DNA of 55,177 nt, counting the filler, from Sphacelaria rigidula (taxonomy: Eukaryota): NCBI GenBank assembly GCA_964200075.2. It is 3 parts of 3 records of this genome, joined end to end, with 100 filler letters (N's around TTAATTAATTAA, not from the genome) between each part and the next. Parts side by side here need not be neighbours in the genome. Positions count along the whole stretch, not along the records: positions 1 to 18,326 come from CAXNAA020000874.1; positions 18,427 to 36,752 come from CAXNAA020000875.1; 1 more part is not named here. One strand, given 5' to 3'. The first letter of the stretch is position 1. Every line of letters starts with the position of its first letter. The notes beneath the pieces were generated by a model that had not been told where the DNA came from, did no database searches, and saw only the letters and a program-made list of their open reading frames with translations. The translations under genes were made by a program, and so were the position numbers. This document shows positions 12,509 to 24,800 of the stretch, piece after piece.

Positions 12509-13400
12509 CCCCCAAAGCTCGCTTACTATCAACATGTAGTCAACCTAGAGCTTGATAAACTCAGACATCATTGTTGCCAAACTCCACCGTCATTTTTTAT
12601 ATAGAGTGGCAATCCCTACCGCAGTATACGATAACAGCCATACAAACTTGTCCAATTTCCGAACAACGCGCAAGAGATCCATAATGTTCATCATGAACAC
12701 GCAATCACGCTACTCGCATCGCTCCGAGTCACGGAGCGATAGCTGACGCCTAATTTTCAAACCCATGCCTAAAACAAGTCCCGTGACGCCAAACCGGCGA
12801 AAAAATGGAAATGTCAACGAACTTTAAATTCTGAAGCCACTGTGACAATTCGTCTCGCGCATTCGATACCGTTCAACGTACAAACTCGTCTTTCGTACGT
12901 TTAACACCCGCGCAACGGAGTGCAACAGCCAAGAAATATACCTGAAACTAGAATCAAACAAGTATCCAACATGTATAGAACGCAGCTGGCCTCTTGCTTG
13001 TTCAACTCCGTGAAAAAGTATGCCTCGCACACCTCTTCTTCGTGAAAGCTTCATTGCCCCACTCAACTCATGAGTACACTGAAGAAAAGAACCCATGGCT
13101 CGAACAGCTTTTCAAGCCATGTATGTCAATCCAACAAGGGCAAACGGACTTCGACCTCCGCGACCATTGATAATCCCTAGTGATATCGTTCTAAAACTCG
13201 TTTCTACCGAGTACATCCCAGAAAGCACCCAGATAGAATATCGCAACTTGGATTTAGGACCGCGATATCCCATCAGTCGATCAACCGCGATATAAAATGC
13301 AGTTTATATCCCAGCAGACGTGCACCTGACCTGCAACGCTTCCTTAGACAAACGGACACTCCCTCCATTCACATGATCCTTCCAGACGGAAATGAAATAT
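12509..13400 (-). mobile_element. Highly degenerate 3' internal region of a Gypsy A-related element
   Basis: PPT next to the LTR. Minus-strand peptide NGGSVRLSKEALQVRCTS resembles GGEWSVDVLDEDALRRQVTS in the Gypsy A integrase tail. Confidence 0.5.
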
Positions 13401-14311
13401 TCCCTCAAAAAAAGTTTCATGTTGGCGGAGTTGCCGCCGGAGCAGTGTAGCGCTGTGGACACGCGCCGTGCATGCTGGAAGGAGCAGGGGTGTGTGATCC
13501 GCGTGAAGCGGGTAGGCAAAGCGAGTTTCAGGCTTGTGATTCTATTAGCGGTCATAATTCCTACAGCGACGTCGAGCGTTGCGCAGTGTTGGGGTGGTCG
13601 TATGCACTGCTATTTACATGGGCAGGTTTGTCGTGCTTGGCGACGTTGATCGAGGTGTCTATGCCGTTGCACGGTCAGGCGCTTGAGGAGGATGATGTGA
13701 TGCAATCTGGAGGCGTTGCTATGCGGGACTGTATGGCTGTTCCCGTTTTGCCTTTCGTTTCCTCTGAAGAAACGACTGAAGCACGAGCTTTCGCTGATGC
13801 TCAAGCACCTGTGGGGGCAGAGGATTTGTCGCATCGGTTTGGCTGTGCGAATGTACCTTTTAGAGGCGTGTTGAGCTACACCATGGGAGTGCCAGGTGTA
13901 GCTAGACTGAAGGTGCAAGAAGGGAGTGTCCGAGAGGAAAGGCTGCGGGGTTGTGGTTCGAGTGCTACTGTTTCTCAGGAGCGGGCTGGGGGACTACAAA
14001 GAAGGCATTATCTGAGGTTCTTGCTGTTGTGATGAGCGCCGCGTTGGATGCTGAGCACGTGCTGAGGTGATTGAGCGCTTGTTGAGAATGAGGAAACACA
14101 GTAAGACTGGTATTCGCGAATCGTTTTGAGAATGATTGCAGCTTGTTATTGTGTAGTTTGTGGTCACGTTTACGCATGAAACATGGTTGTTGAGCAAATA
14201 TGATCGTATCGCGTGTGCGGGGTGAAATTCTGGTGTACAACTGGATATTTAGGATATGTGTGCCGTGCCGACCTGGTTGGCACGGACGATGCATGGTGTT
14301 TACTGGAGGGG

Positions 14312-14594
14312 TGCTGTAGACTCCGGGCAACATTGTTACCTATTACTGCAGTGGAGAAATGCGTAGCAGGCGTTTCTATTCTGGTTGATGGATACGGGGT
14401 CTGAGAGTATGATCGGTGGACTCCGTGATGTATGCTGTATACAGAACGAGGCAGGCCGATCACTTCTGGTTCACGAAGACTGCTGTTTCTATAACTGCTT
14501 GAAGTCTTGAAGTCTCTGGAGCCCTGGACAGGGAGGAAGCCTCTGGAGCAGCACTGTAACCTTGTTCTGATTTCAGGCAGGTTCACAATAAAAT
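14312..14594 (+). repeat. LTR family L copy, plus orientation, preceded by purine tract GGAGGGG
   Basis: TGCTGTAGACTCC start. Near-identical to the copies at 12230-12508 and 14702-14949. Confidence 0.88.
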
Positions 14595-14595
14595 T

Positions 14596-14696
14596 AACTG
14601 CTTGAAGTCTTGAAGTCTTTGGAGCCCTGGACAGGGAGGAAGTCTCCGGAGCAGCATTGTAACCTTGTTCTGATTTCAGGCAGGTTCACAATAAAA
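14596..14696 (+). repeat. Tandem duplication of the last ~100 bp of the family L LTR
   Basis: Repeats ~14491-14594 (TAACTGCTTGAAGTCTTGAAG...GGTTCACAATAAAA). Confidence 0.88.
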
Positions 14697-14701
14697 GTTT
14701 G

Positions 14702-14949
14702 GGTTACAGTGCTGCTCCAGAGGCTTCCTCCCTGTCCAGGGCTCCAGAGACTTCAAGACTTCAAGCAGTCATAGAAACAGCAGTCTTCGTGAACCAGAAG
14801 TGATCGGCCTGCCTCGTTCTGTATACAACATACATCACGGGGTCCACCGATCATACTCTCAGACCCCTTATCCATCAACCAGAGTAGAAACGCCTGCTAC
14901 GCATTTCTCCACTGCAGTAATAGGTAACAATGTTGCCCAGAGTCTACAG
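14702..14949 (-). repeat. LTR family L copy, minus orientation, lacking ~25 bp at the 3' end
   Basis: Reverse complement of ~14314-14561. Confidence 0.88.
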
Positions 14950-15059
14950 TGACGAAACAAAGAACAGTTAGTTGCTTGGCACGCCCGCAAGAAAGTACCT
15001 CCTTTCTACTTCCTCCAAACCCCGCGAAAAACAGCCCCTCATCACTGCAATGTTTACAC

Positions 15060-17965
15060 CGAGATCAAGCGTGGGCTGCCTCTTATCCGTGTGACTCGTT
15101 AATTTGAGCCAACTTTTCTGCTCCCGCCGAGACAGTTCTTCCCAGTCTGGGTCCGTGTACCGCGCACCCCCGCCAGAGATCGTCGCGGTGGTCGAGGACC
15201 TGGCCCTTCCGTTTGACGTCGCCGAACTTCTTGTTGAAGTAGATCAAAGTAACAAACGGGGAATATTTTCAAGGAATCACTGCGAGCGAAGGGGTTCGAG
15301 CGTTTTTTTTACTCAGGACACAGTTCCTTATACGATTTCGGGCCGTACAGATCTCAAAGCATAGTCACCGTTTCCTTGGAGGGGTGAGAAAGACTTCAGC
15401 GTTTCGCCGTCCGATACCCAGTCTGAGACTACACTCTGCTGTGACGCTCCCTTGTACTCCCATGAACTTGTTCCTACTTTGGAATATACCCTACGGAGGT
15501 AAGGCAAGCAACAAGTGAGTACGCTCCCCCCTCCCCCCCTCCCGCCCCCCCCAAACCAGCCCAAAAATGACAAGAAAAAATGGTAATAAAGCGCCTGATG
15601 TTTGGGTTCAGGCTGCGGGAAGCGCCTCATATGAGCGGCATTGGCGATATTCAACCCAAGTGTGGCATCCCCAGCTGCTGGTTGTGCTCGACGTTTTCCA
15701 TTTCAACTCACGTGAAGATTTTGCCTCCCCAAACCAGGCACTTATTTGGGGGTGGGGGGGGGCTATCGTAGAAAGTGTCTGATTAAAATCTCGCCCTGAC
15801 CTGTCCCAAAATGGGGTCGTCTTTTTGCTACTGTACGAGAGAGGAAATGCCGGTTATCAATATGAAGGCTTGGTCAACTGCCGACGTTTCTACCGTTACA
15901 CTACCGGATGGTACCTTCCCCCCTACGATGAGCATCACTCCAATTTCTGGTCTCTTGCTGAGTGGCGGGGGAATAAATGGTGGCGCATCGGGTGGCAAGG
16001 TTGCCGGGGTTTCAACTGGGGTAAGAGAAGGCGGCAGTGGTGGGTCTATGAAGGGCAAGGTTGAGGGGGAAACCCCTGTCTTCTCTCCTGGTGAGCGCGA
16101 CGTCACTGACGGAAAACGCCTCCTTGTCGACCTACGAACTGCTGGTGTTCGGTGAAGCGCGTCACTCGTCGTGAACGGGAGCTCGGGTGAAAACGGTTGC
16201 AGATTTGGGTCAGTTTCGCTCGTCAAATCTGTCGCGGCAATATGCTGCTCGTCCCTTCCAAACGCGGTCCTTGGTTACGTACCACACTACACTCAGTTGG
16301 CGAAGTGAAGTCATCTGAAAAAGAGTCGTTTATATCTGCCTGCCTGTCGTAGGTGTGGGGTGTACGGGAGAGAGCGTCTGGGAGCACATGTTGTAGCCCC
16401 TCGCGCCATTACAGATCCACGTCGTACTCCATCAGCCTCGAAGCCCACCTACGGAGCTTGGGACACACCTCTCGGCTACGGAATATCCATGTCAAGACTG
16501 TGCGATCCGTTACCAACCTAAACCATCTACGGTATGGCCTGGATTGTTGGACGCCCCATAGCACCATCATCCATTCCCGCTCTGTAGGGTGTCTGCGAGA
16601 ATCTGAGCGTGATGATCTGTGATTCGCAAATGACGCTATGCGTGAGGAATCACCAACCGGTTGCATCAAAACCCCGCTAGCCCCTACTAAACTCGCATCG
16701 GTATGGAGCTCGAAAAGGTTGTTGAGATCTGGGAGCGCTAGAATGGCTGGTGAGGTGAGTGCGAACTTGAGAGCTCGAAAAGCTTGATCATGCTCGTCGC
16801 TACAGGGGATAGTTAACTTTCGAGTTCTTTCGGACGCAAAATCTCTGTTGCGAAGAATGTCCGTGAGGGGGGCGACTGTTATGCTTTATTTTTCCACGAA
16901 TTGGCGTAAGTAACCCGCCATACCCAAGAACGTGCGAAGTTCCTCGACAGTACGCGGGTGTGGCTTCTCCGTGATCGTGGCAAGCTTGAAGGAGGCCGGT
17001 AGCGATCCGGTGCCATGTATTAGCATGCCGAGAGACTTCTGCGACGCAGCGCTAAAAATGCACTTCGCGAAAATCACCGACAGGCCGACCTTCGAAAAAT
17101 AACAAAACAATACCAGTGTAGTGGTGTGTTACTCCCAGGGCTCAGTAGCAATGAGTATGTCATCCAACTAACTGAACACGATGGAAAGAGAGCCTAGTGC
17201 GCTTTTGACCCTTCGTGTGAATGCCGATGGCAGCACTGTTAGACCAAACCCTGCTCTGTTGAATTCGTAGAGTAGTCCTTGAGTCTCTGAACACGGTCTT
17301 GTCGCGGTCCTTCTCAGCGATTTCGATCTGATTCAAACCTGATGCCACGTCCACCGGCGAGAAGTACCGCTTGCCTTGAAGGCTGTCGAATATCGACTGC
17401 GTGACTCCCAACCCACCACTATCTGATACCAAGAGACTGTTCAAAACGCGCCGATCGATGCACAGGCGAACAGTGCTGTATTCTTTCTTGGCGTATAGGC
17501 GCTGGGCGGCTTGAGGAGAACGTGATGGGCGGATAACATTGCGGTCAAGCAACTTTCGAATCTCCTGTCCAATCATCGGTCGTTCTTCCGGGGAAAAACG
17601 GCGCTGCTCGGCAGCGAACGGCTTCCAAGACTCATCACGTAGGGTTGGTTCGAGCTCGCCATCAATGTAAGCTGGGACACGCTTGGGATCATTGGGGAAC
17701 AAACCCGCCTCGATAAAGTCAGTCAGAAGGCGCATGAGGTCATGTTTCTCGACCGACCTCAACCGTTCTAGATTAGCGTCGGTGGCACGCACCGGTGGAG
17801 GTGCCTGTAACGGATCTGGGGGTGAGGGAACAACGGCCTGGGCAGTCGGATCCGGCATAGGCAAGGGAATATCTACGGTAGAGGGATCTGATTCGAAGCA
17901 TGACTGGAAACGGACCGCGTCTCGTGCGTTGAGTACCATCATGCTCGCAACAGAACGATTGGTAC
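15060..17965 (-). mobile_element. pol: Ty3/Gypsy retrotransposon C pol relic (RT, RNase H, integrase start, deleted integrase core, chromo-like and Tudor-like C-terminus)
   Basis: RT: VRLCIDRRVLN, YFSPVDVASGLNQI, LRTFLGMAGYLRQFV. RNase H: FELHTDAS, TERE, LVTDRTVLTW, KLRRWASRLMEYD. Integrase start QKDDPILGQV near 15810. C-terminal WEYKG...DWVSDGETLKSFSPLQ and KKFGD..KGQVLD..LWR..RYTDPDWEEL. Confidence 0.88.
15525..15762. repeat. Short insertion bounded by a poly-C tract (left) and a poly-G tract (right), inside Gypsy C
   Basis: C-run 15526-15552 and G-run ~15748-15762. CCCCAAACCAG occurs twice inside. It sits at the integrase deletion junction. Confidence 0.45.
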
Positions 17966-17966
17966 G

Positions 17967-18326
17967 TACTGTAGACTCTAGCCACCATTGTTACCTAAGG
18001 TCAGGGACATTGTAGGTAGAGTTGCGGGTCTAATTGCCGGACTCTGTGATGGTGACCTCCACGACGAGTAGAGCCGGTTTTGCTACTCTGGCGGGGAGAG
18101 GCTATGGTCCTGTTCTCCTGTACTATGCTGAGGGTTAATATATATATAACTCAAGCTGTTGAAGTACATGTGCCCGCCCGTAATAGGAGGAGTCCATATG
18201 GCAACCTGATCTTGAGTGACAGAAGTCTACAATGAACGTTCATTAAGTCCGCTGAGGCGGTAGGTCCGCTGAAAGCAGCTGACACTTCAAGACAGCGAAG
18301 TCTGCAGGCCTGAGCAGTTTGCAGTA
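17967..18326 (+). repeat. Probable LTR related to family L, truncating Gypsy C; runs into the gap
   Basis: Begins TACTGTAGACTCTAGCCACCATTGTTACCTA, similar to the family L start TGCTGTAGACTCCGGGCAACATTGTTACCTA. Contains a TATATATATAA box. Confidence 0.5.
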
Positions 18327-18426
18327 NNNNNNNNNNNNNNNNNNNNNNNNNNNNNNNNNNNNNNNNNNNNTTAATTAATTAANNNNNNNNNNNNNNNNNN
18401 NNNNNNNNNNNNNNNNNNNNNNNNNN
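18327..18426. other. Assembly gap with artificial six-frame stop linker
   Basis: 44 N + TTAATTAATTAA (18371-18382) + 44 N, exactly 100 bp. Confidence 0.98.
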
Positions 18427-18870
18427 ACCCAGGTTACCAAAACAAAACGCGAGCGAAAAACAACGAGCGCGCTGGGGGGGGGGGGGGGGGAGGCAGGCAT
18501 GTAGGTGTGGTACACCGTGTATCAACGCCAGAGCGATGACTTTATCGTCCACTGACATGTAACTCAGCCATCCCTCAGGGGCAGAACACCGTTACTTGAC
18601 CCTGCTCTAAGTAAGGAACGCTGTGCCGTTCTCGATGCGGCAATGACACCCAAATTCATAGTGCTGCCCACCCTCGTGACAGCGCTGGTTGCAGCCAAAC
18701 GCAAAAGAGAGTCCAGCTCTCATGCATAACGTCTGTTTTTTCAAATGAACACTGCCCGGAACCTTTGGTGGCGAGCTTTTAAAACCGCAACGGCTGCTGT
18801 TGGCACAATATTTTGACTCCATGATTATGCAACAGCGAAACCACAGCAAATCGAGTGCAGCGAAAGATAC

Positions 18871-21800
18871 CTCATTGAATGCGAACCGACTGAGCACAAT
18901 GCCCAGGCTCAGCATCTTCCCGCCCGCGGGACCCTCGTTCACCCTGGGAGCGGAGTAGTCCACGTAGTTGCGCTTCACGGCGACAAAGCTCTCGAATGGA
19001 AGATCCACCTTTTCAAATTAATAAAACACACGGTCAAAGAGCTAAGGAGGCGAGCGGAAGAGGGAAAAAAAATGACACGAAACCGCACTTACGCACACAT
19101 GTGTACGGACTATGATACACAAAAAACGCGCGCCTGAGCGTGCTCACGACATGTAGGACACGGATGCGATAGACGAAAGTCACAGCACAAGAAACCGCTT
19201 TTGTGGTTTTTAAACGGTAAGCTCGTCGAGAAAGGGGGGGAGAGGGACAGGCAGAATACACACATACCCGCAAAGCGTAAAGCGAATAATATCAACATCA
19301 TGCACACCGTGAACGTCTCTTGTCCAACTACTCGTAAGTACGTTCGCAAGCAAGTGTTCACCGCTTCCGGTATACTATAACATGATGTATATATTTCTGT
19401 CACATAGGGCGTCGATCCATCGGCCGGGAAACGGCGTATAAGTACGTGCACATTGGTCATGTTGGAGTACGACAAACCCAAGTACGAGTGAAAGACGCCA
19501 CGTCCACCTCGTACGTTCGCACAGGGAATACGCTGCGCTGCCGAACTTGGGACCGACGGGTTTCTCAAACTACCACGGAGTTGAAAACAGTGAAAAAAAC
19601 AGACAAACAATAAACAATGGTACACAAATAGGAGCACTTTCCCTTGTGCACACCCCTTCCCTGTACAGGAACAAAGAGACCTTACGCGCACACACAAACA
19701 CATAGCTCTCCCCCCCTCCCCCCCCTGCCTAAAGTTGTCGAGATGCCAGATCTACACCAATTAAATGAAATAAAAATGTCATGTGATGACGTACGGAGGG
19801 ACGGTCACATGCTTGGTACCGTCGCAACGACGGGTCTCTTCACTTAGGGGAAAGTAGTGTGATCTTGTATGAGCTCAACTGAAACTTTAGCCCTATACTC
19901 CCCCCTTCCCCCCCCCCCAAAAAAACGACAGCACACATCAACATAATTAGCCGTAAAATGAAAACAGTGTACAATCGTCACCTCTATCCATTGCCCCTTG
20001 ACCGTATCAAACGCCGCTTGATACTGTCTCTCCGGCGTATTGTCGAATTCTGTGTTTGGCTTGAGACGGAACTTGTACCGGTTCCCGTCACCTCGCACCC
20101 TCAGCCGGATCCCGTCGTAACCCGACGCGTCGAACGGCAAGTTCTGAAAACACACACACACATACGCACAAAACAAACGCAGGAGTAAAAAGGCGCGTTC
20201 CGCATTATGCAGATTTTCAACAACACACTATTCGACTAGTGCTCCTATTATATCCATCCTTCGGTCGCCTCTATTCCGTCGGAAACGACTGTGACGCTGC
20301 TAGTTCAAAATCCTTTTGCATCGAGTCTCTTCGAGGGGAAACAAATACAAATAAACAGGCTTCGGAAATGCTTGAAGTGATCCTTCCTCCGTCAAAATTG
20401 ATGGAAAGAAAACAAACAGCAGAACACACAGCATCGTAAGCTGATGAAAATCACAAAAAGAGGCTGACAGAGACAAGACAACAACGTCGCAGAATCACTA
20501 CATACCTTGATCACAGTCCCGCAGAACCCCCCGCCTTCCTCAACCAATGTCCCCGCCCAGCGGCCGTACATTCCCTCGTCGGATTGCCGTTCCAATACAC
20601 CCCGGCCCACACCCGTCTTCCATGCACTAGAACTTCTCCCTCCCATGATCACGTCATCAAGCGGTTCCCACTTTCCTCCGGGACCCCCCGACCCATCATC
20701 ACTACCCTCGCTGCTGGGCTGCACCAACGTCTTCCTGACAACGGAACCAGGGGTTGGTCTGGATCCGTCGTCGGGGTAGAGGAACGTCTCTGCGGCCTCG
20801 ATAGCCGATTGCACGCCGATGAAGTCTACTGCCTCTGAGGAGCTTCCTTCTTCACCGAACCGCGGCCCCATAGCGGATACTACCTGGTTGTCGACAAGGA
20901 GAAGGGAAAGGGGAAGGGGAAAGGGAAAATACAAGTGGGAAGAGAGGTATACGCGGACGTAGCATTACGTACGCAGAAGACGGGGGGGGTTCCTTGAGAG
21001 GTGCTCAGTTTTTCTTTGGGCAGCACTGGACGTGTTGCTCCCAAATATCGACAAGAAATACAGCTATCAACGGGGCACGGTGTTGCAAGTTCACGTCTTG
21101 AAACCTGCTCAGCCGGCTTTTCCCCAGAAAGCATCGACTACAGGTGAATCACCGGTACAACGTGAATATATGATAGTGCTGGGGCCTCGTGCCCTTGCCA
21201 TGTACAATACCCGCTGCGGGTCGATCCATCGCATTGAGATGACTGATGTTTACACAGTCAGAACAGAGCCGAGTGGAAAAAGACAACATACTTTCGATCC
21301 GTGCAGGTACAGGTGTAGAGTCGCGCTCAGTTCGAAGCATACCCCGCTACATCGTACAGAAGAATATGGGCTTCACCTGAGATACGCCTTCGAAAACCTT
21401 CTGATCGTTCAGGCTTGCCTTGTCTCGCACATCCACTCCAACCTGCATCCAGACAGAAATACAAGATAAAAGGTGTCAGGATGAGAGTACAGGCAAGAGG
21501 GATAGATGAAAATTTCAAAGTTACCACGCGATTGTGTTGCTGCATTTCTTGTACACTGACCCAATGGTGTTTGGTTTCCATTTCACGGATGAACAAGAAG
21601 AAGAAAGACGCCAGTACGAGGATGAGGAAACCAACAAACTCGCGGGCAATAAGACGGCACACGAACAGAACGAAGCGAGCATATTTTGCACAGAACAATA
21701 GCGTCGGCGAGAAACGCGTCGATTTCCAAACTTCGGATCGAGAAAAGAACGCAACAGTACATTCCAGCGCCGCTATCCGCGACTCCCTGCTGTACCTGCA

Positions 21801-24800
21801 TGAACAGTCCGGGGGTAGACTGATCGAAGAGCTGCTCGGCTTGATCTTTGTCTCGAGCAGCGACGACGACGTCGCGCCCCTGATCCAAGAGTGCCTTGAC
21901 GATACGCTGTCCCGTTTTGCCGGTGCCGCCCAGCACAAGCACAGCATCGGTACGACCCTTCTCGACGGGCGGCTGGGCACTGTTATCGTTGAAAGGAAAA
22001 ATCAGGGTAAGATTTTCCAGCCCGGCAGAGTCGGCAGGGTTCGGGTATACAACGCTGGTTGTGCGGGAGCGATGTACGATTTTCTACGAAGCCCCTGTGG
22101 GTTGAAATGTTTTCGAACGCTTGGTGTGAACTTAAAAAGGAACGTCTAGGTACACACACGCGCCAGCGCACGTACGGCCATGGTTTGTTCGTGAAGCGTG
22201 TCATCATTGCAAAATAGTGACGGCTTATCGTCGGCAAGGACACAGGAGGTCACGACGAGTACAGCACCCCCGATGCACCGCCAACAAGTGGGGTGAGACC
22301 CTCCGACCATAGCACGGCATGGCGCCAGCACGGGCGGTTTCTCAAATTTCAAAACCTCGCGCATAACCTACGAGTTCATCATTGTAGGGCGTCGAGACGG
22401 AAGCTGTATGTGACGAGACGAATATACGGAAGGGATCCCCGGACACGAGAAGCTGGAGCTAGTCTTGGTTACTTGAAGCGAGGTGAGCAGCCTCAAACGG
22501 GACCAACACCACCAGCCGAATCTCCCGACGTATTTTGCAAATCCATGGTGTCCACTTCTCAACCGTTCGCTGCAAACCTCTCATCAGAGTAGGAGCTTCG
22601 ACGACAGTCCCGTGGGTAAACACAGGGGTGTATACCTTCTTCAGGGCGCGGAGGCGGGGCACATTTGAGAACCCGCGGAATCATTTAGCCGTCCGGGACA
22701 CAAGCGGGTAATGGGCAGGATTGTGAAATGCATGGGTATGTTAAAGGTTGACCCAACTCGACACTTGGGCTAAAAAACAAGTGGCCATAGTGACAGAGGT
22801 GTCATGACCCAAACACTTCTTTACATTCACCCACGTCTCCCCGTGCTCGCGCAAACAGGCATGCTGTGTCACAGATCTTTTGCCCCCTGGAAGTCAATGT
22901 TCATACCATATGCGGTACAGCACACAGTAACACCCGCGTGTGATACATTTTTCGGGCCCGAAAATTTCACACGCAGATGTTGTCATTTTGGAGGGTGGTG
23001 TATAAAGTTCGCCAACACAGTTTTGTAGACATCGACATAGTGCCGAGAATAAGAAAAAACTGAAAATCCATTATCCGTGGATGTAATTCAGGGGTGTGGT
23101 ATTTAGCGTACTGAGGTCTCCAGTAGCGGTGGAGAATATTTTTGTCCCATCTACACAGGATAGGGGGGTAGGGGGGGGAGGGTGCACTCATGATCTTGCA
23201 TGCCACAGTCATAAAACCATTGGCCTCGTATCCCTACAAGGCTGGGACGGAGCACGCCGGGTTTTCGCCGGATCAGGCTCGCAACCACCAAGCGCGAAGC
23301 GCCGTGATGTATTCTGCGAGTCGCACGAAGGGTGAGTTGCATCCTACTGAGACTTTCAGCCCGAGGCGTACTCATTATCTTACATCAGGACGGCAGCTGG
23401 CAATTAATTCCTTCATTTTCTGGTATCGCCACTTCCAGAGACAGCCACGGGTTACACTGCCCCACGGGTGTTTGAGCAATTGAACAACACGTGTGAAGAT
23501 AACCTTATTTGGGCGAAGTTGAGGTTCTCCCAGCCCACACAACATGGTCGAACTCGACCACCACTATGGTTACCACGAAGAAAAACGCAAGCGAGAAAGA
23601 AAACGGTAACCTGGTTGCCTAGCTTGCCGAGTGACTGGCGTGTTTTACAGCGTCGGTGCCAACCGACGCCAACCCTTGAAGGGAAAATCTACACAGGGTG
23701 TGTATGCTCAAGGTTATGCATGCCGGGAGGGGGCGAGAGGGGGGGGGGGCGATACATAACTTGCCTGTATCATTGCCGGCATGGTGGAAACAACGATGAA
23801 TACTTTTCGCCCGGGGCATGGGGTGGTACGTCCCTCGGTTAAACCCTCCCCCCCCATATGCTCCGTCTCGAAAGGGACGCGTGGTCAATGGTCACACGAC
23901 TAAGGCAAGCAAAAAATGAGAACGCCCCCCCCATCCCTCATCTTGGTCGTTCATAAATATTCTACACATTGGCCGAAAGGCAATATAAAGCAGTATGAAG
24001 CCCCGGCAAGCAGCTGCATTAGCTGCAGGAGATACAATTTCTCCAATGTGGCCTTCCTGCGGAGTGGTCTCTAGGCAACTCCAGAAATCAGCTGCCTATT
24101 TTCCCCTCTTTTCCTACTCATATTTTTTCACCCTTTCCCTTCGTCGGGACGAGCCTGTTGTTTCAAGGGATCAATCAGCCTGTCTCTCCCCCGGTACGTG
24201 CCTGTCATATTGTTTTTGTAATTTGGATCAGCACTCCTGCCCCGCATTGATTTCCGTCGATTCGTCCTTGCAATTCGCGTCCTGACGTGTCACACGACAG
24301 AAGGCAGATTTTACTAAAACCCCCTGTATCCGTCGCGGGTCCGCAACCATACACGCACTAACCGGCTGTTCTACCAGTGGACCACCGGGGCGCGGCGTCA
24401 AACTGCGGATAATTTTCACCACATCAGTTCGATAGTTCTGCCTCAGGGTCAACTCGCACTAATATCTCGAAGACAATGTACATGCTCCGAGTCCAGAAAT
24501 ATTTTTTCAACGCGTGAACCAATTTCAGTTTCAGTGGTCTGACAACGTCTGGCAACTTGGATCCTCGAGGGCCCAAGGATTTCTGTTCCGAGAATCCGGC
24601 GGGACAGCCCCGGAGACAATTGGAGAATGGAAATTGCATGTGTTTATGACCTTTTATCGGCCTCTGGGTGTTGAATCAGATAGAGAAATAAGTTTTTTTT
24701 TGCTGGAAAATAGCAAGTGTATTTAGCAGTACTGCATGCCCATCATTGAGCGGGTCGGGTTGGAGTTGATGGGCTGTGTGCGTCACACAGCAAAGCATTC

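Noticed and set aside
21415..22149. 244-aa plus-strand ORF
   Set aside because: Antisense to exons 2-3 of the CIA30 gene, with no recognisable motifs.
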